The notes: generated from the sequence alone by a model not told the origin. DNA of 32,000 nt from Paludisphaera rhizosphaerae (GCF_011065895.1 NZ_JAALCR010000039.1:14496-46495), one strand, 5' to 3'; counted from the stretch's first letter, positions 21,460 to 29,452 are shown. A program made the numbers and translations.

Positions 21460-22953
21460 TTGGACTACGATTTCGACGTCATCGTCGTGGGCGGAGGAGC
21501 AGGCGGCGCGACGTTCGCTTACGCCTGCGCCCAGGCCGGGAAGTCGGTCCTGGTCCTGGAGCGAGGCGGCCGTCACACGGTCGGGACGCCCCACGACGAG
21601 AAGGCCGCCCTGATCGACAAGAGGCCTTACGACGACCGCGAAGTCGAGGTCAACGGCAAGGCGAAACGGCTCTACATGGGAGGGATCCTCGGCGGCGGCT
21701 CCAGCCTCTACGGCGCGGCGCTGATTCGACCGAGCGAGGAGGACTTTTATCCCGGCCGCTACTACGGCAAGCGGATCCCCAAATCGATCTGGGACTGGCC
21801 GATCTCCTACGCCGACCTTGAGCCCCATTACACCGAGGTCGAGCGGCTGCTGGGCGTGGCGGGATGCGGCGACGACGACTTCGGGCCGCTGCAGAAGCCG
21901 GCCGCGGGCTTCCCGGGCGAGCCGCTTCCGCTGCACCCGATCAACGAGCGCCTGATCTCCGCCAACCGTCGCCGCGGGCTGCGTCCGTTCCAACTCCCGC
22001 TGGCGATCGACTCTTCACGATGCCTGCGATGCTCCCTCTGCGCGGGGCTCCCCTGCCCCACCGGAGCCCGCGGGTCGTCGGCCCAACTCCTCGACTCAGC
22101 CCAGGCGAGAGGCCTGGCGCTGACGGTCCAGACGCGGGTGGAGGTGGAGAAGCTGGCCCGCGAGCCGGGGACCGGCGCGACGGTCGTCGACGTGATCGAC
22201 CGCAACACGGGGAATCGCCGGCGCTACAGGGCCCGTCGCTACGCCCTGGCCGCCGGCGCGTTCGCCTCGCCGCTGCTGCTGATGCGGTCGGGCGTCGAGC
22301 ATTCCCAGCTCGGTCGCAATTACATGATGCACATCTGCGCGTTGGTCGCAGGCGTCTATCCCAAGGAGACGGACGCCGAGTCCTCGTTCGTCAAGCAGGT
22401 CGGCTTCTCGGACTTCTACTTCGGGACGAAGCGATATCGGCACAAGATGGGGTTGGTCCAATCACTGGGCGTCCCTGGCCCGTTGATGACGGCCAAGGTT
22501 TCACCGTTCCTCCCAGCACCCGTGCGGAAGTTCCTGCGGGAGCGGATCCTCCTCATGGCGGGACTCATCGAGGACCTGCCGAACCCCGCCAACCGCGTCG
22601 GCCTGGAATCGGACGGCCGGGGCTCGCTCACCCATCGCTACGCCCGCTACGATCGCGTCCGACGCAAGCGACTGGCCCCGCACATCGCGCGGATCTTGAA
22701 GCGCTCGGGCGCGATCTACTGCGTCGCACCACGGTATTCCTCTCACGAGCACGTGGCCCATCAGTGCGGGACGATGAGGTTCGGCAAGGACCCGGCCCAC
22801 GCGGTCCTGGATCCGGACTGCCGGCTGTTCGCGAACCCCGACGTCTTCGCGGTCGACGGCGGATTCATGCCGACTTCGCTGGGGGTCGGTCCCGGGCTCA
22901 CGATCATGGCGAACTCGTTGCGCGTGGCGTCGAAAGTGGTGGCCGAGCTGTGA
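21460..22953 (+). CDS. GMC-family FAD-dependent oxidoreductase
   Basis: N-terminal FAD fold DYDFDVIVVGGGAGGATFAYACAQAGKSVLVLERG. C-terminal GMC signature HQCGTMRFGKDPAHAVLDPDCRLFANPDVFAVDGGFMPTSLGVGPGLTIMANSLRVA. TTG start with GGAGAC upstream. Confidence 0.9.
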   Translation: MDYDFDVIVVGGGAGGATFAYACAQAGKSVLVLERGGRHTVGTPHDEKAALIDKRPYDDREVEVNGKAKRLYMGGILGGGSSLYGAALIRPSEEDFYPGRYYGKRIPKSIWDWPISYADLEPHYTEVERLLGVAGCGDDDFGPLQKPAAGFPGEPLPLHPINERLISANRRRGLRPFQLPLAIDSSRCLRCSLCAGLPCPTGARGSSAQLLDSAQARGLALTVQTRVEVEKLAREPGTGATVVDVIDRNTGNRRRYRARRYALAAGAFASPLLLMRSGVEHSQLGRNYMMHICALVAGVYPKETDAESSFVKQVGFSDFYFGTKRYRHKMGLVQSLGVPGPLMTAKVSPFLPAPVRKFLRERILLMAGLIEDLPNPANRVGLESDGRGSLTHRYARYDRVRRKRLAPHIARILKRSGAIYCVAPRYSSHEHVAHQCGTMRFGKDPAHAVLDPDCRLFANPDVFAVDGGFMPTSLGVGPGLTIMANSLRVASKVVAEL

Positions 22954-23876
22954 AGACTTCCGAGAAACTGTCGGCGGCTGGCCTCTCACGGCGCGTCTCC
23001 ATCAGACTGGAACAGTTCCGCCAGGCCCGCCGGATCCACGGCGGCCTGCGAGGCCTCGGCACGGCCGTCCTCGGGGTTAAGCTCTCGCGCCTGCCGATCC
23101 CTTCGCGACGCCTTCGCGGGCGGCTCTTCCGCGACCTGTACGCTCGGATGTATCCCCCCGGGCTCAACGCCGACGAGGCCGAGCGGCCGCTGGAAGACTA
23201 CCCGTCGTTCAACGCCCTCTTCACACGAGCGCTCAAGCGCGAGCACCGGCCCATCCCCGACGACGGAGCCAGCCTCCTGAGCCCCTGCGACGGCGTCGTC
23301 CAGGACACAGGACGCGTGGAAAACGGGCGGTTGATGACGGTCAAGGGGATCGAGTACAGCGTCGAGTCGCTGCTCGGCGGCCTGGATCCCGGGCCCTATG
23401 AGGGAGGCCAGTTCGCGATCGTCTTCCTCTCGCCCATCGACTGCCACCGCGTCTTCAGCCCGACCGACGCGGTCATGGAGGAAGCGATCCACGTCCCCGG
23501 CGCCCGTCTGCTCGTCCACCCCCCGTTCCAGACGGCCGAGTATCCCGTCTACACGTTGAACGAGCGCGTGATTTTCCGACTGGCCACGAGCTCGGGGCCG
23601 TGCGCCGTCGTCATGGTGGCCGGTTGGGGCGTGGGGAACATCACGCTCCCCCTGGCGCCGGACTTCCGGACGAACGGTCGACGGATCGAGTCGCATCGCT
23701 GGCCGTCGCCGCCCGAGGTCCGCCGAGGCGACTGGATCGCCACGTTCGAGCTGGGTTCGACGGTCGTCCTGTTGGCCTCGGCGGCGCTCAAAGCGACCCC
23801 CCTGGTCTCCCCGAACGAGAAGGTCCGCTATGGTCAGCCCGTCTTCAAACTCGATCCCTGCGCCGTCGCTCGATGA
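22950..23876 (+). CDS. psd: Phosphatidylserine decarboxylase family protein (pyruvoyl-dependent)
   Basis: The GTG at 22950 overlaps the GMC stop (GTGA). Motifs are LLSPCDGVV, VFLSPIDCHRVFSP (family motif LSPxDYHRxH) and the self-cleavage site FELGSTVVLL. The listed ORF start at 21864 is an out-of-frame overlap of the GMC gene. Confidence 0.88.
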   Translation: MKTSEKLSAAGLSRRVSIRLEQFRQARRIHGGLRGLGTAVLGVKLSRLPIPSRRLRGRLFRDLYARMYPPGLNADEAERPLEDYPSFNALFTRALKREHRPIPDDGASLLSPCDGVVQDTGRVENGRLMTVKGIEYSVESLLGGLDPGPYEGGQFAIVFLSPIDCHRVFSPTDAVMEEAIHVPGARLLVHPPFQTAEYPVYTLNERVIFRLATSSGPCAVVMVAGWGVGNITLPLAPDFRTNGRRIESHRWPSPPEVRRGDWIATFELGSTVVLLASAALKATPLVSPNEKVRYGQPVFKLDPCAVAR

Positions 23877-25698
23877 GCCGACGGCAGGGCGCGTCGCAAC
23901 GCTCTCCGGAACGGGCGAACCACTCCGGGCCGGCGTCATGCTCATCGTAGGCTTCGGCGATCCGCTCGCGTCCGCACTGGCCGCTTTCGTGAGGCAGAGC
24001 CCGGACCGTGAGGCGGTCGTCGTCGATGACGATTCGCGGAGCCTGGCGATCCCTCGCGATCGAGAGGACGGCGAGGCGGCGAGCCTGATCGTGGTCTTGC
24101 CCTCTCGCCTCGGAGAGCGTGAGCGTCATCACCTCGCAGCGCTTCTCGACGAGGCCCGCCGCACGTCGATCGCCTTCGTCGGGTTGGTCGGGACGTTCCG
24201 CGTTCATCTCGACGATTCGACGGCCGAGGAGATGGAGCAAGCCGCGCTGGCGATGGTCGAATCGAAGCTCGCCGGAGCCCGCATCGCCGTCTTTCGGCCG
24301 AGCCACGTGGTCGGGGTGGGCGGCGAGGCGGATCGCTGGCTGAAGCGGTTGGGCCCGCTCTTCCCGCTGGCTCCCGACGACCTGCGGACCTGCTTCGTCG
24401 AGGCCGACGAACTCCTCGCCGCGATCGAGGATGAGGCGAGCGGGTCGTCCGTCGACGAGAAATCCGAAACACCCGGCCGGCCGCTGGACCGCCGCCGCAG
24501 GGAGTACACGTTCCTGGGCGGGAACGTCGCGTGGCGTGAGATGCTCGCTCGCCATCGCGGCCATTCTCCGGTCCACAACGCGGCGACGGCCTTAGCACAC
24601 GGACTGTCGTGGCTGCTGGTCGGGCGACTGCTCGCGGCCGCCTTGGCGACGGCCTCACGGTGGTCGCCGACCGCCAGGGCCTGGTCGGTCTCGACGCTCA
24701 AGCCGCGAACGATGCGGGAGTTGGTCTCGCTCTGCCATCGCGGGAACATCGACCGCGTGCGAGTCGTGGGCTACAACAACGGCGTGCACCACTTCGGCCA
24801 TCGCCATCCGGGGAAGACGATCGTCTCAACCGTCCGGCTGCGACGGACTGTTCACGCGCGGCCGGGCGTGATGAAGGCGGACTCCGGCGCGACGATCCGC
24901 CGCGCGAAGGACTACCTCGGCGGTCGCGGCGAGGAGTTGTACGTCATGCCCAACTACTCGTACGTGGCTCTTGGGACGGCGTTCTTCGTGCCGATCCACG
25001 GATCGGCCGTCGATTACGCCACGGTCGCCGATACGATCCTCCGCGTCGTCCTGTACGACCCGGATCAGGACCGGATCATCGTCGCCGATCGAGACGACGC
25101 GGCCTTCCGCGAGAACGTCTATAACCCCCGGTCGCGAGCCGTCCTGCTGAGGCTCTGTCTGCGGACGCGTCCCAGGTCGAGCTACTACGTCCGGAGCGAG
25201 ACCACCAAGGGCCTGGGGGGGCGAGAACTGCTCGCGGCCCTGCGCGATCGCGACGCGGCGAACGTCGAGGTCCGCCAGGCCAACGCAGCGAGCGACAAGG
25301 TGACCGTCTCCCGCTACTACACGAAGGCGACCGGCCCGTCCGCCGCCGCGTTGGAGTCCCCGCGCGACGCGCTGGGGAGGCTCTGGGATCGGCTGGAAGA
25401 GAACCCGATCACGTCCTACCTGATGCACGCCCTGAGCCGTCGCGTGGCCTGGCACACGGAGTTGTTCCTCACCCCCGCCGAGTTCGAGCGCTTCTGGACG
25501 ACTCACGATCAGGTCCCCCTGCGCAAGATTCAGCTCCGATACATCTACCGCGACGGGATGCCCCACTCGCCCTTCCGCGACGAGGACTGCGTCTCGGCCG
25601 ACCTCTTCCTGTTCCGGCTCGACAAGCCGAAGTTCGACGCCTACATGGCGAAGCACCTGCCGAACGTTCGGTTCAACCCCGGCAAACACAGCAACTAG
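23830..25698 (+). CDS. FAD-linked oxidase of the VAO/PCMH clan (arabinono-lactone-oxidase/DprE1-like) with an N-terminal degenerate Rossmann-like domain and a hydrophobic segment
   Basis: The FAD_binding_4-like region is VRVVGYNNGVHHFGH...KADSGATIRRAKDYL...YVMPNYSYVALGTAFFVPIHGS. The C-terminal RFNPGKH resembles the ALO-type HWGK end. The N-terminal part has MLIVGFGDPLASALAAF...RIAVFRPSHVVG. A hydrophobic helix is ALAHGLSWLLVGRLLAAALATA. The ATG at 23830 (GAGAAGG upstream) overlaps psd by 47 nt. The alternative ATG is at 23938. Confidence 0.8.
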   Translation: MVSPSSNSIPAPSLDEPTAGRVATLSGTGEPLRAGVMLIVGFGDPLASALAAFVRQSPDREAVVVDDDSRSLAIPRDREDGEAASLIVVLPSRLGERERHHLAALLDEARRTSIAFVGLVGTFRVHLDDSTAEEMEQAALAMVESKLAGARIAVFRPSHVVGVGGEADRWLKRLGPLFPLAPDDLRTCFVEADELLAAIEDEASGSSVDEKSETPGRPLDRRRREYTFLGGNVAWREMLARHRGHSPVHNAATALAHGLSWLLVGRLLAAALATASRWSPTARAWSVSTLKPRTMRELVSLCHRGNIDRVRVVGYNNGVHHFGHRHPGKTIVSTVRLRRTVHARPGVMKADSGATIRRAKDYLGGRGEELYVMPNYSYVALGTAFFVPIHGSAVDYATVADTILRVVLYDPDQDRIIVADRDDAAFRENVYNPRSRAVLLRLCLRTRPRSSYYVRSETTKGLGGRELLAALRDRDAANVEVRQANAASDKVTVSRYYTKATGPSAAALESPRDALGRLWDRLEENPITSYLMHALSRRVAWHTELFLTPAEFERFWTTHDQVPLRKIQLRYIYRDGMPHSPFRDEDCVSADLFLFRLDKPKFDAYMAKHLPNVRFNPGKHSN

Positions 25699-25705
25699 GC
25701 CACGA

Positions 25706-27865
25706 ATGCAAACGCCGCCGCCGATCGAAACCCTGAAGCAGATCCTGCGGGAACGTGAGCCCAACCTGCTGAGGCTCTACCTGAACCCGCACGTCGCCAG
25801 CACGTGCTTCTGCCTCGACCGCCTCGTCCGATCGACCTGGGCGCTGCCGTCAGGTCCGGCCGACGAGGCCTGGCAGTCGTTCCTCGCGAACGGGTTCGAG
25901 GAAGCGCTCGGCGGCGCGGTGAAGCTCGTCCGCTACAACCGCGACGAGACCGAGGCCGACGGCGTGGCGATCGTCGTCGACCCCTGTGACCGCCTGGAGG
26001 GGTTCGCCGATTGGCGACTCCCAGACGGCTCCCGCGTCGAGTTCCTCCCCGGGTTGCACGTGCTCGGCTCGTCGGATCTGGCCGAGGGCCTGCGGCGGAT
26101 CGAGGACGATGCGAAGATCGAGATGCTCGTTCTCGTCGCCGGCGATGACCATCGGCTTGACGAGCACGCCGAGGAGATCCAGGCGATCGTGAAGCAGCAT
26201 GCTCCGGCGGTCGTCGCGTGCGTCGATCGCGGCGGGTTGTCGAGGCTTCGCGAAGGGAAGCGCGACTGGCTCCGCGCGATCCCTCCCGACGTGGTCGTCT
26301 TCGACGACTCGTTCACGGGCAACTCTGTTCCCTTCGGCGCCTTCACGGCCCGCCAGTCGCTGTTCGCGGCCTGGAATCGGCCCGGGAAGAGCACGTTCCA
26401 TTCGACGACGTTCCAGCCGAACACGATCTCCACGCGGCACTTCATGAACGTCCTGACCGCGGTCGACCCGGAGTTCGTCCGGATCCGCGCCGACGACCTG
26501 AACGCGATCAGCGTCGATCTCGCGCGTCGCGGGGAGGCGTTCCGCCGTTACTACAACCCCTCGCTCTTTCGGTTGATCCGGGCGGCCGGGTTCGCGACGG
26601 CCGACGTGAAGGCGGCCGGCGGCGACGTCATCGTCAACGGCAACCGCATCCTCGATTTCGTCGGCGGGGTCGCGTGCAGCATGAGAGGCCACAACCCGCC
26701 GGCCTATGCGGATGAGTTGACTTTTCAGGGAGGCGCGGCTGATTCGCTTCGGGCGGAACTCGAAGCGCGGCTCCTGCCGCTCACTGGGCTCGGCAACGTC
26801 CTGCCGGCGGTCAGCGGCGGCGGGGCCGTTGAGAGCGCACTGAGGACAGCGCTCGTCGCCAGGTTCCCCCGTCGGCGAATCCTGGCACTCAGGGCGGGTT
26901 TCGGCGGCAAGACGCTCTTCTCGCTGACGGGGACTGCCAACCAGTCGTACAAGGACCGCATCGGCCCTTTGTACGCCGAGGTGCATTACGTCGACCCCTT
27001 CGCCCCCGACGCCGCCGAACAGATCGATGCCCTCTTGTGCGCCGATGATTTCGCGGCCGTCATCCTCGAATTGATCCAGTCCGTGGGCGGGGTGCGAGCG
27101 ATCCCCGAATCCCTGATCCGACGCCTCGACGAGGAGCGACGCCGGCGCGGCTTCCTGCTGATCGTGGACGAGGTCCAGACCGGCATGTACCGCACGGGCC
27201 CGTTCTGCCGCTCGCAGGCGCTCGGCCTGACGCCAGATCTCATGCTGCTGGGCAAAGGGACGTCCGACATGATGTTCCCCTTCTCCCTGACCCTCTACTC
27301 CGACGCCGTGGCCGAATTGCTCCGCGGCCGAGGCGAGGGGTTGATCGAGTCGATCCGCGAGCGCTACGGCTATGAGTTGGGCTATCGGACCGTGATCAAC
27401 GTCTTGCGGTCGGCCGAGGAAATGGAGCTTTCCGCCCGGGTCGTCGAGGCCGAGGCGAAGTTCGAGGAGAAGCTCCGCAGCGGTCTGGGTGCCCTCAAGA
27501 ACGTCCGCGACGTCCGCGTCTTCGGCCTGCTCATGGCCGTCGAACTCGACGTGGAGCGAGGCTCGCGGCGTTGGTTGCGGAAGCGGCTTGGGGCGCTGTA
27601 TCTGCTTGCGATGCTTCAGCGCAAGCAAAACCCGCTGCTCGCCGGCTTCTGCCAGTACGAACCGAATACGTTGAAGATCACCCCGCCGCTGAATGTCGAG
27701 GCCGACGAGATCGACAGGGCCTGCGAGACGATCGTCGAGGTCCTGAAGCGGCCGTTCGCGCGCGTCTTGCTCGCGGGTCTCATCCAGCTTGGAAAGCCAT
27801 CACCGTTCCGAAAGGGAATCCATGAGCACGGCGACCGCCCGGCCGTTGAGTTTGCTGCACGTTGA
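25706..27865 (+). CDS. Class-III (Aminotran_3) PLP-dependent aminotransferase with an N-terminal ~300-aa degenerate duplicate of the same fold
   Basis: The C-terminal half has ILDFVGGVACSMRGHNPP, AVSGGGAVESALRTAL, FAAVILELIQSVGGV, LLIVDEVQTGMYRTGPF, DLMLLGKGTSDMMFP (Schiff-base Lys context), VRVFGLLMAVEL and LKITPPLNV. The N-terminal half has colinear but degenerate counterparts: NGFEEALGGAVKLVRY, PDVVVFDDSFTGNSVPFGAF (Lys replaced), FHSTTFQPNTIS. The ATG lies 7 nt after the upstream stop. Confidence 0.88.
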   Translation: MQTPPPIETLKQILREREPNLLRLYLNPHVASTCFCLDRLVRSTWALPSGPADEAWQSFLANGFEEALGGAVKLVRYNRDETEADGVAIVVDPCDRLEGFADWRLPDGSRVEFLPGLHVLGSSDLAEGLRRIEDDAKIEMLVLVAGDDHRLDEHAEEIQAIVKQHAPAVVACVDRGGLSRLREGKRDWLRAIPPDVVVFDDSFTGNSVPFGAFTARQSLFAAWNRPGKSTFHSTTFQPNTISTRHFMNVLTAVDPEFVRIRADDLNAISVDLARRGEAFRRYYNPSLFRLIRAAGFATADVKAAGGDVIVNGNRILDFVGGVACSMRGHNPPAYADELTFQGGAADSLRAELEARLLPLTGLGNVLPAVSGGGAVESALRTALVARFPRRRILALRAGFGGKTLFSLTGTANQSYKDRIGPLYAEVHYVDPFAPDAAEQIDALLCADDFAAVILELIQSVGGVRAIPESLIRRLDEERRRRGFLLIVDEVQTGMYRTGPFCRSQALGLTPDLMLLGKGTSDMMFPFSLTLYSDAVAELLRGRGEGLIESIRERYGYELGYRTVINVLRSAEEMELSARVVEAEAKFEEKLRSGLGALKNVRDVRVFGLLMAVELDVERGSRRWLRKRLGALYLLAMLQRKQNPLLAGFCQYEPNTLKITPPLNVEADEIDRACETIVEVLKRPFARVLLAGLIQLGKPSPFRKGIHEHGDRPAVEFAAR

Positions 27866-28355
27866 TTTCGACGGCCTCTACACCCGGCACCTCGGCCGGC
27901 ACTCGCAGTTCGGCATCAACGTCAATCACCTGATCGCGTTGTACATGCTCTGGTTCGGGATCTACTCGTTCCTCACGCAGGGGGCCCGACTCATCGGCGT
28001 CCCCTCGCCGTGGGTCGTGCCCGTGGGGTTGGCCGTCGCCTACCTGGTGGTCGTCAGCCTGCACTCGCCGCTCCGGGTAATCCTCGTGACGGCTGCGTTT
28101 CTGGCCCTGTTCGTCGCCAGCGTCCTGATCGTCCCGCAGGTTCCGGCCTGGGCGATCCCGCTGTTCCTGCTGCTGATCCCCGTCGGCTACAAGATCCAGT
28201 CGCGAGGCCACAGAATCTGGACGGCTGCCGCGGATATGTCCGACTTCAACCGACGCTTCCCCCCAGGCCGCGACCTGAACATCGTCCTGCTCTTCTACGA
28301 GATCCCCATCTGCCTGAACTACCTGACGTACCGCCGCGCGGACTGGAAGCGGTGA
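27822..28355 (+). CDS. Small polytopic membrane protein, tentatively DUF962/Mpo1-like
   Basis: There are three to four hydrophobic helices: LIALYMLWFGIYSFL, VVPVGLAVAYLVVVSL, VILVTAAFLALFVASVLIV, AIPLFLLLIPVGY. His-containing motifs YTRHLGRHSQFGINVNHL and SRGHRIW resemble the Mpo1 family pattern. The ATG at 27822 overlaps the aminotransferase 3' end by 44 nt. Alternative TTG starts are at 27847 and 27853. Confidence 0.65.
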   Translation: MSTATARPLSLLHVDFDGLYTRHLGRHSQFGINVNHLIALYMLWFGIYSFLTQGARLIGVPSPWVVPVGLAVAYLVVVSLHSPLRVILVTAAFLALFVASVLIVPQVPAWAIPLFLLLIPVGYKIQSRGHRIWTAAADMSDFNRRFPPGRDLNIVLLFYEIPICLNYLTYRRADWKR

Positions 28356-28419
28356 GGACGTAGACCCCTCTCTCTATTCAGATCATAACGGCCTTCCCCC
28401 CTCTCGGGGGTGTATGGAC

Positions 28420-28459
28420 CGGGGACATGGGTAACAGGTGTTCGGGGACATGGGTGACA
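28420..28459. repeat. Tandem direct repeat, 23-bp period, 2 copies (CGGGGACATGGGTAACA / CGGGGACATGGGTGACA)
   Basis: The copies at 28420-28436 and 28443-28459 match at 16 of 17 positions. They lie in the convergent intergenic spacer. A solo truncated hairpin CCCCC-CTCTC-GGGGG sits at 28396-28410. Confidence 0.7.
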
Positions 28460-28477
28460 CATTTGGGAATCATGGAG

Positions 28478-28622
28478 GGCCTTCCAAGAGGAGGCTCGAA
28501 GGGCCGGATGAGGGGGGATTGGTGGCGCATTGACAGCCATGCTTCGGACGTGAATCCGGAGCCGGTCGCCCCCTCATCTGACCGCTTCGCGGTCTGACTT
28601 CCCCGGCAAGGGGGGAAGACGT
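28478..28622. repeat. Nested-palindromic MITE-like element, subfamily 2, copy E4 (~145 bp, left arm degenerate), inverted relative to E3
   Basis: The right arm CCCCCTCATCTGACCGCTTCGCGGTCTGACTTCCCCGGCAAGGGGGGAAGAC is the reverse complement of the E3 left arm apart from a few mismatches. The left arm GGCCTTCC...GAAGGGCCGGATGAGGGGGGAT matches the reverse complement of the E3 right arm, but its terminal hairpin has decayed. Confidence 0.8.
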
Positions 28623-28639
28623 CGGAACGGATACGCCGC

Positions 28640-29452
28640 TCAGCGCTTGCGGCCCAGCACGGCGACGATGTCGTGCGAATCCTGGATTGGGAACGCCAGG
28701 CGGTTGAGGAGCCATCGCTTGGCCGCGCCGGCGCGGTGCAGACCCATGCTTTCGATCAGCGGGGTGAGCCAGCCGCCGTGGTAGGCGAACTCCATGAAGC
28801 CGTCGAAGTTCTCGAAGTTCAGCGTGGGCCGGAACGTCTCGCTGCGAAGGACCTCGAAGCCGTTGGCTTCCATGACCTCGGCGACCTCGCCGGCGTCGGC
28901 CGGATTCAGGACGGTGTCGTCCATCCGCCGCGAGCCCGCGCCGGTGTACCAGCGGAGGAACCTGGAATCACCCTTGGCCTGGAGCGCCGGGTAGGCCGCC
29001 TTCGTGCCGCCGACCAGCGACCAGCAGCCCCCCGGCAGGAGCTTGCCGGCGATCTGGGGGGCCAGCGTGCGCATCGACACGAACCCGGTGACGAAGTGCG
29101 TGCAGACGCAGTCGAACTCGCGATCCTTGAAGTACGCGTCGAGCTTGGAGGCGTCGCCGGCGACGGCATCAAGGTCCGGCAGCCTCCGCCGGGCCACCTC
29201 CAGCATGCTCTCCGCCAGGTCGATCCCGAAGGGGATGATCCGACCTTCGGACGCCTGCTGGAGCTTCTCGAGGAAGAGCCCCGTCCCCATGCCGATGTCG
29301 AGGACGTGCAGGTCTCGGTCTGTCAGCAGGCCCTCGGCCTTCATCTGGCCGATGCCGAGGTCGAGCGCCCGGCCGATGACGCCCTGGGGATCGAGGTCGT
29401 AGTGCGTCGCGACGACGTCGTTGTATGCCTGGTGGACCGCCGTGGTATTCAT
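28640..29452 (-). CDS. Class I SAM-dependent methyltransferase
   Basis: SAM motif I VLDIGMGTGLFLEKL, followed by GIDLAESML, AGDASKLD and FDCVCTHFV. The opposite-strand ORF 28673-29473 is Arg/Gly/Pro-rich junk. Confidence 0.88.
   Translation of the reverse strand: MNTTAVHQAYNDVVATHYDLDPQGVIGRALDLGIGQMKAEGLLTDRDLHVLDIGMGTGLFLEKLQQASEGRIIPFGIDLAESMLEVARRRLPDLDAVAGDASKLDAYFKDREFDCVCTHFVTGFVSMRTLAPQIAGKLLPGGCWSLVGGTKAAYPALQAKGDSRFLRWYTGAGSRRMDDTVLNPADAGEVAEVMEANGFEVLRSETFRPTLNFENFDGFMEFAYHGGWLTPLIESMGLHRAGAAKRWLLNRLAFPIQDSHDIVAVLGRKR

Noticed and set aside
21864-22949. Upstream 362 codons of the listed 670-aa ORF containing psd
   Set aside because: It overlaps the GMC oxidoreductase in another frame with junk composition. 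PSD-family similarity starts after the GTG at 22950, which overlaps the GMC stop.
25850-27628. 592-aa minus-strand ORF opposite the aminotransferase gene
   Set aside because: The translation has no motifs and is Arg/Asp/Gly/Pro-rich. The plus strand has the full class-III aminotransferase motif series.
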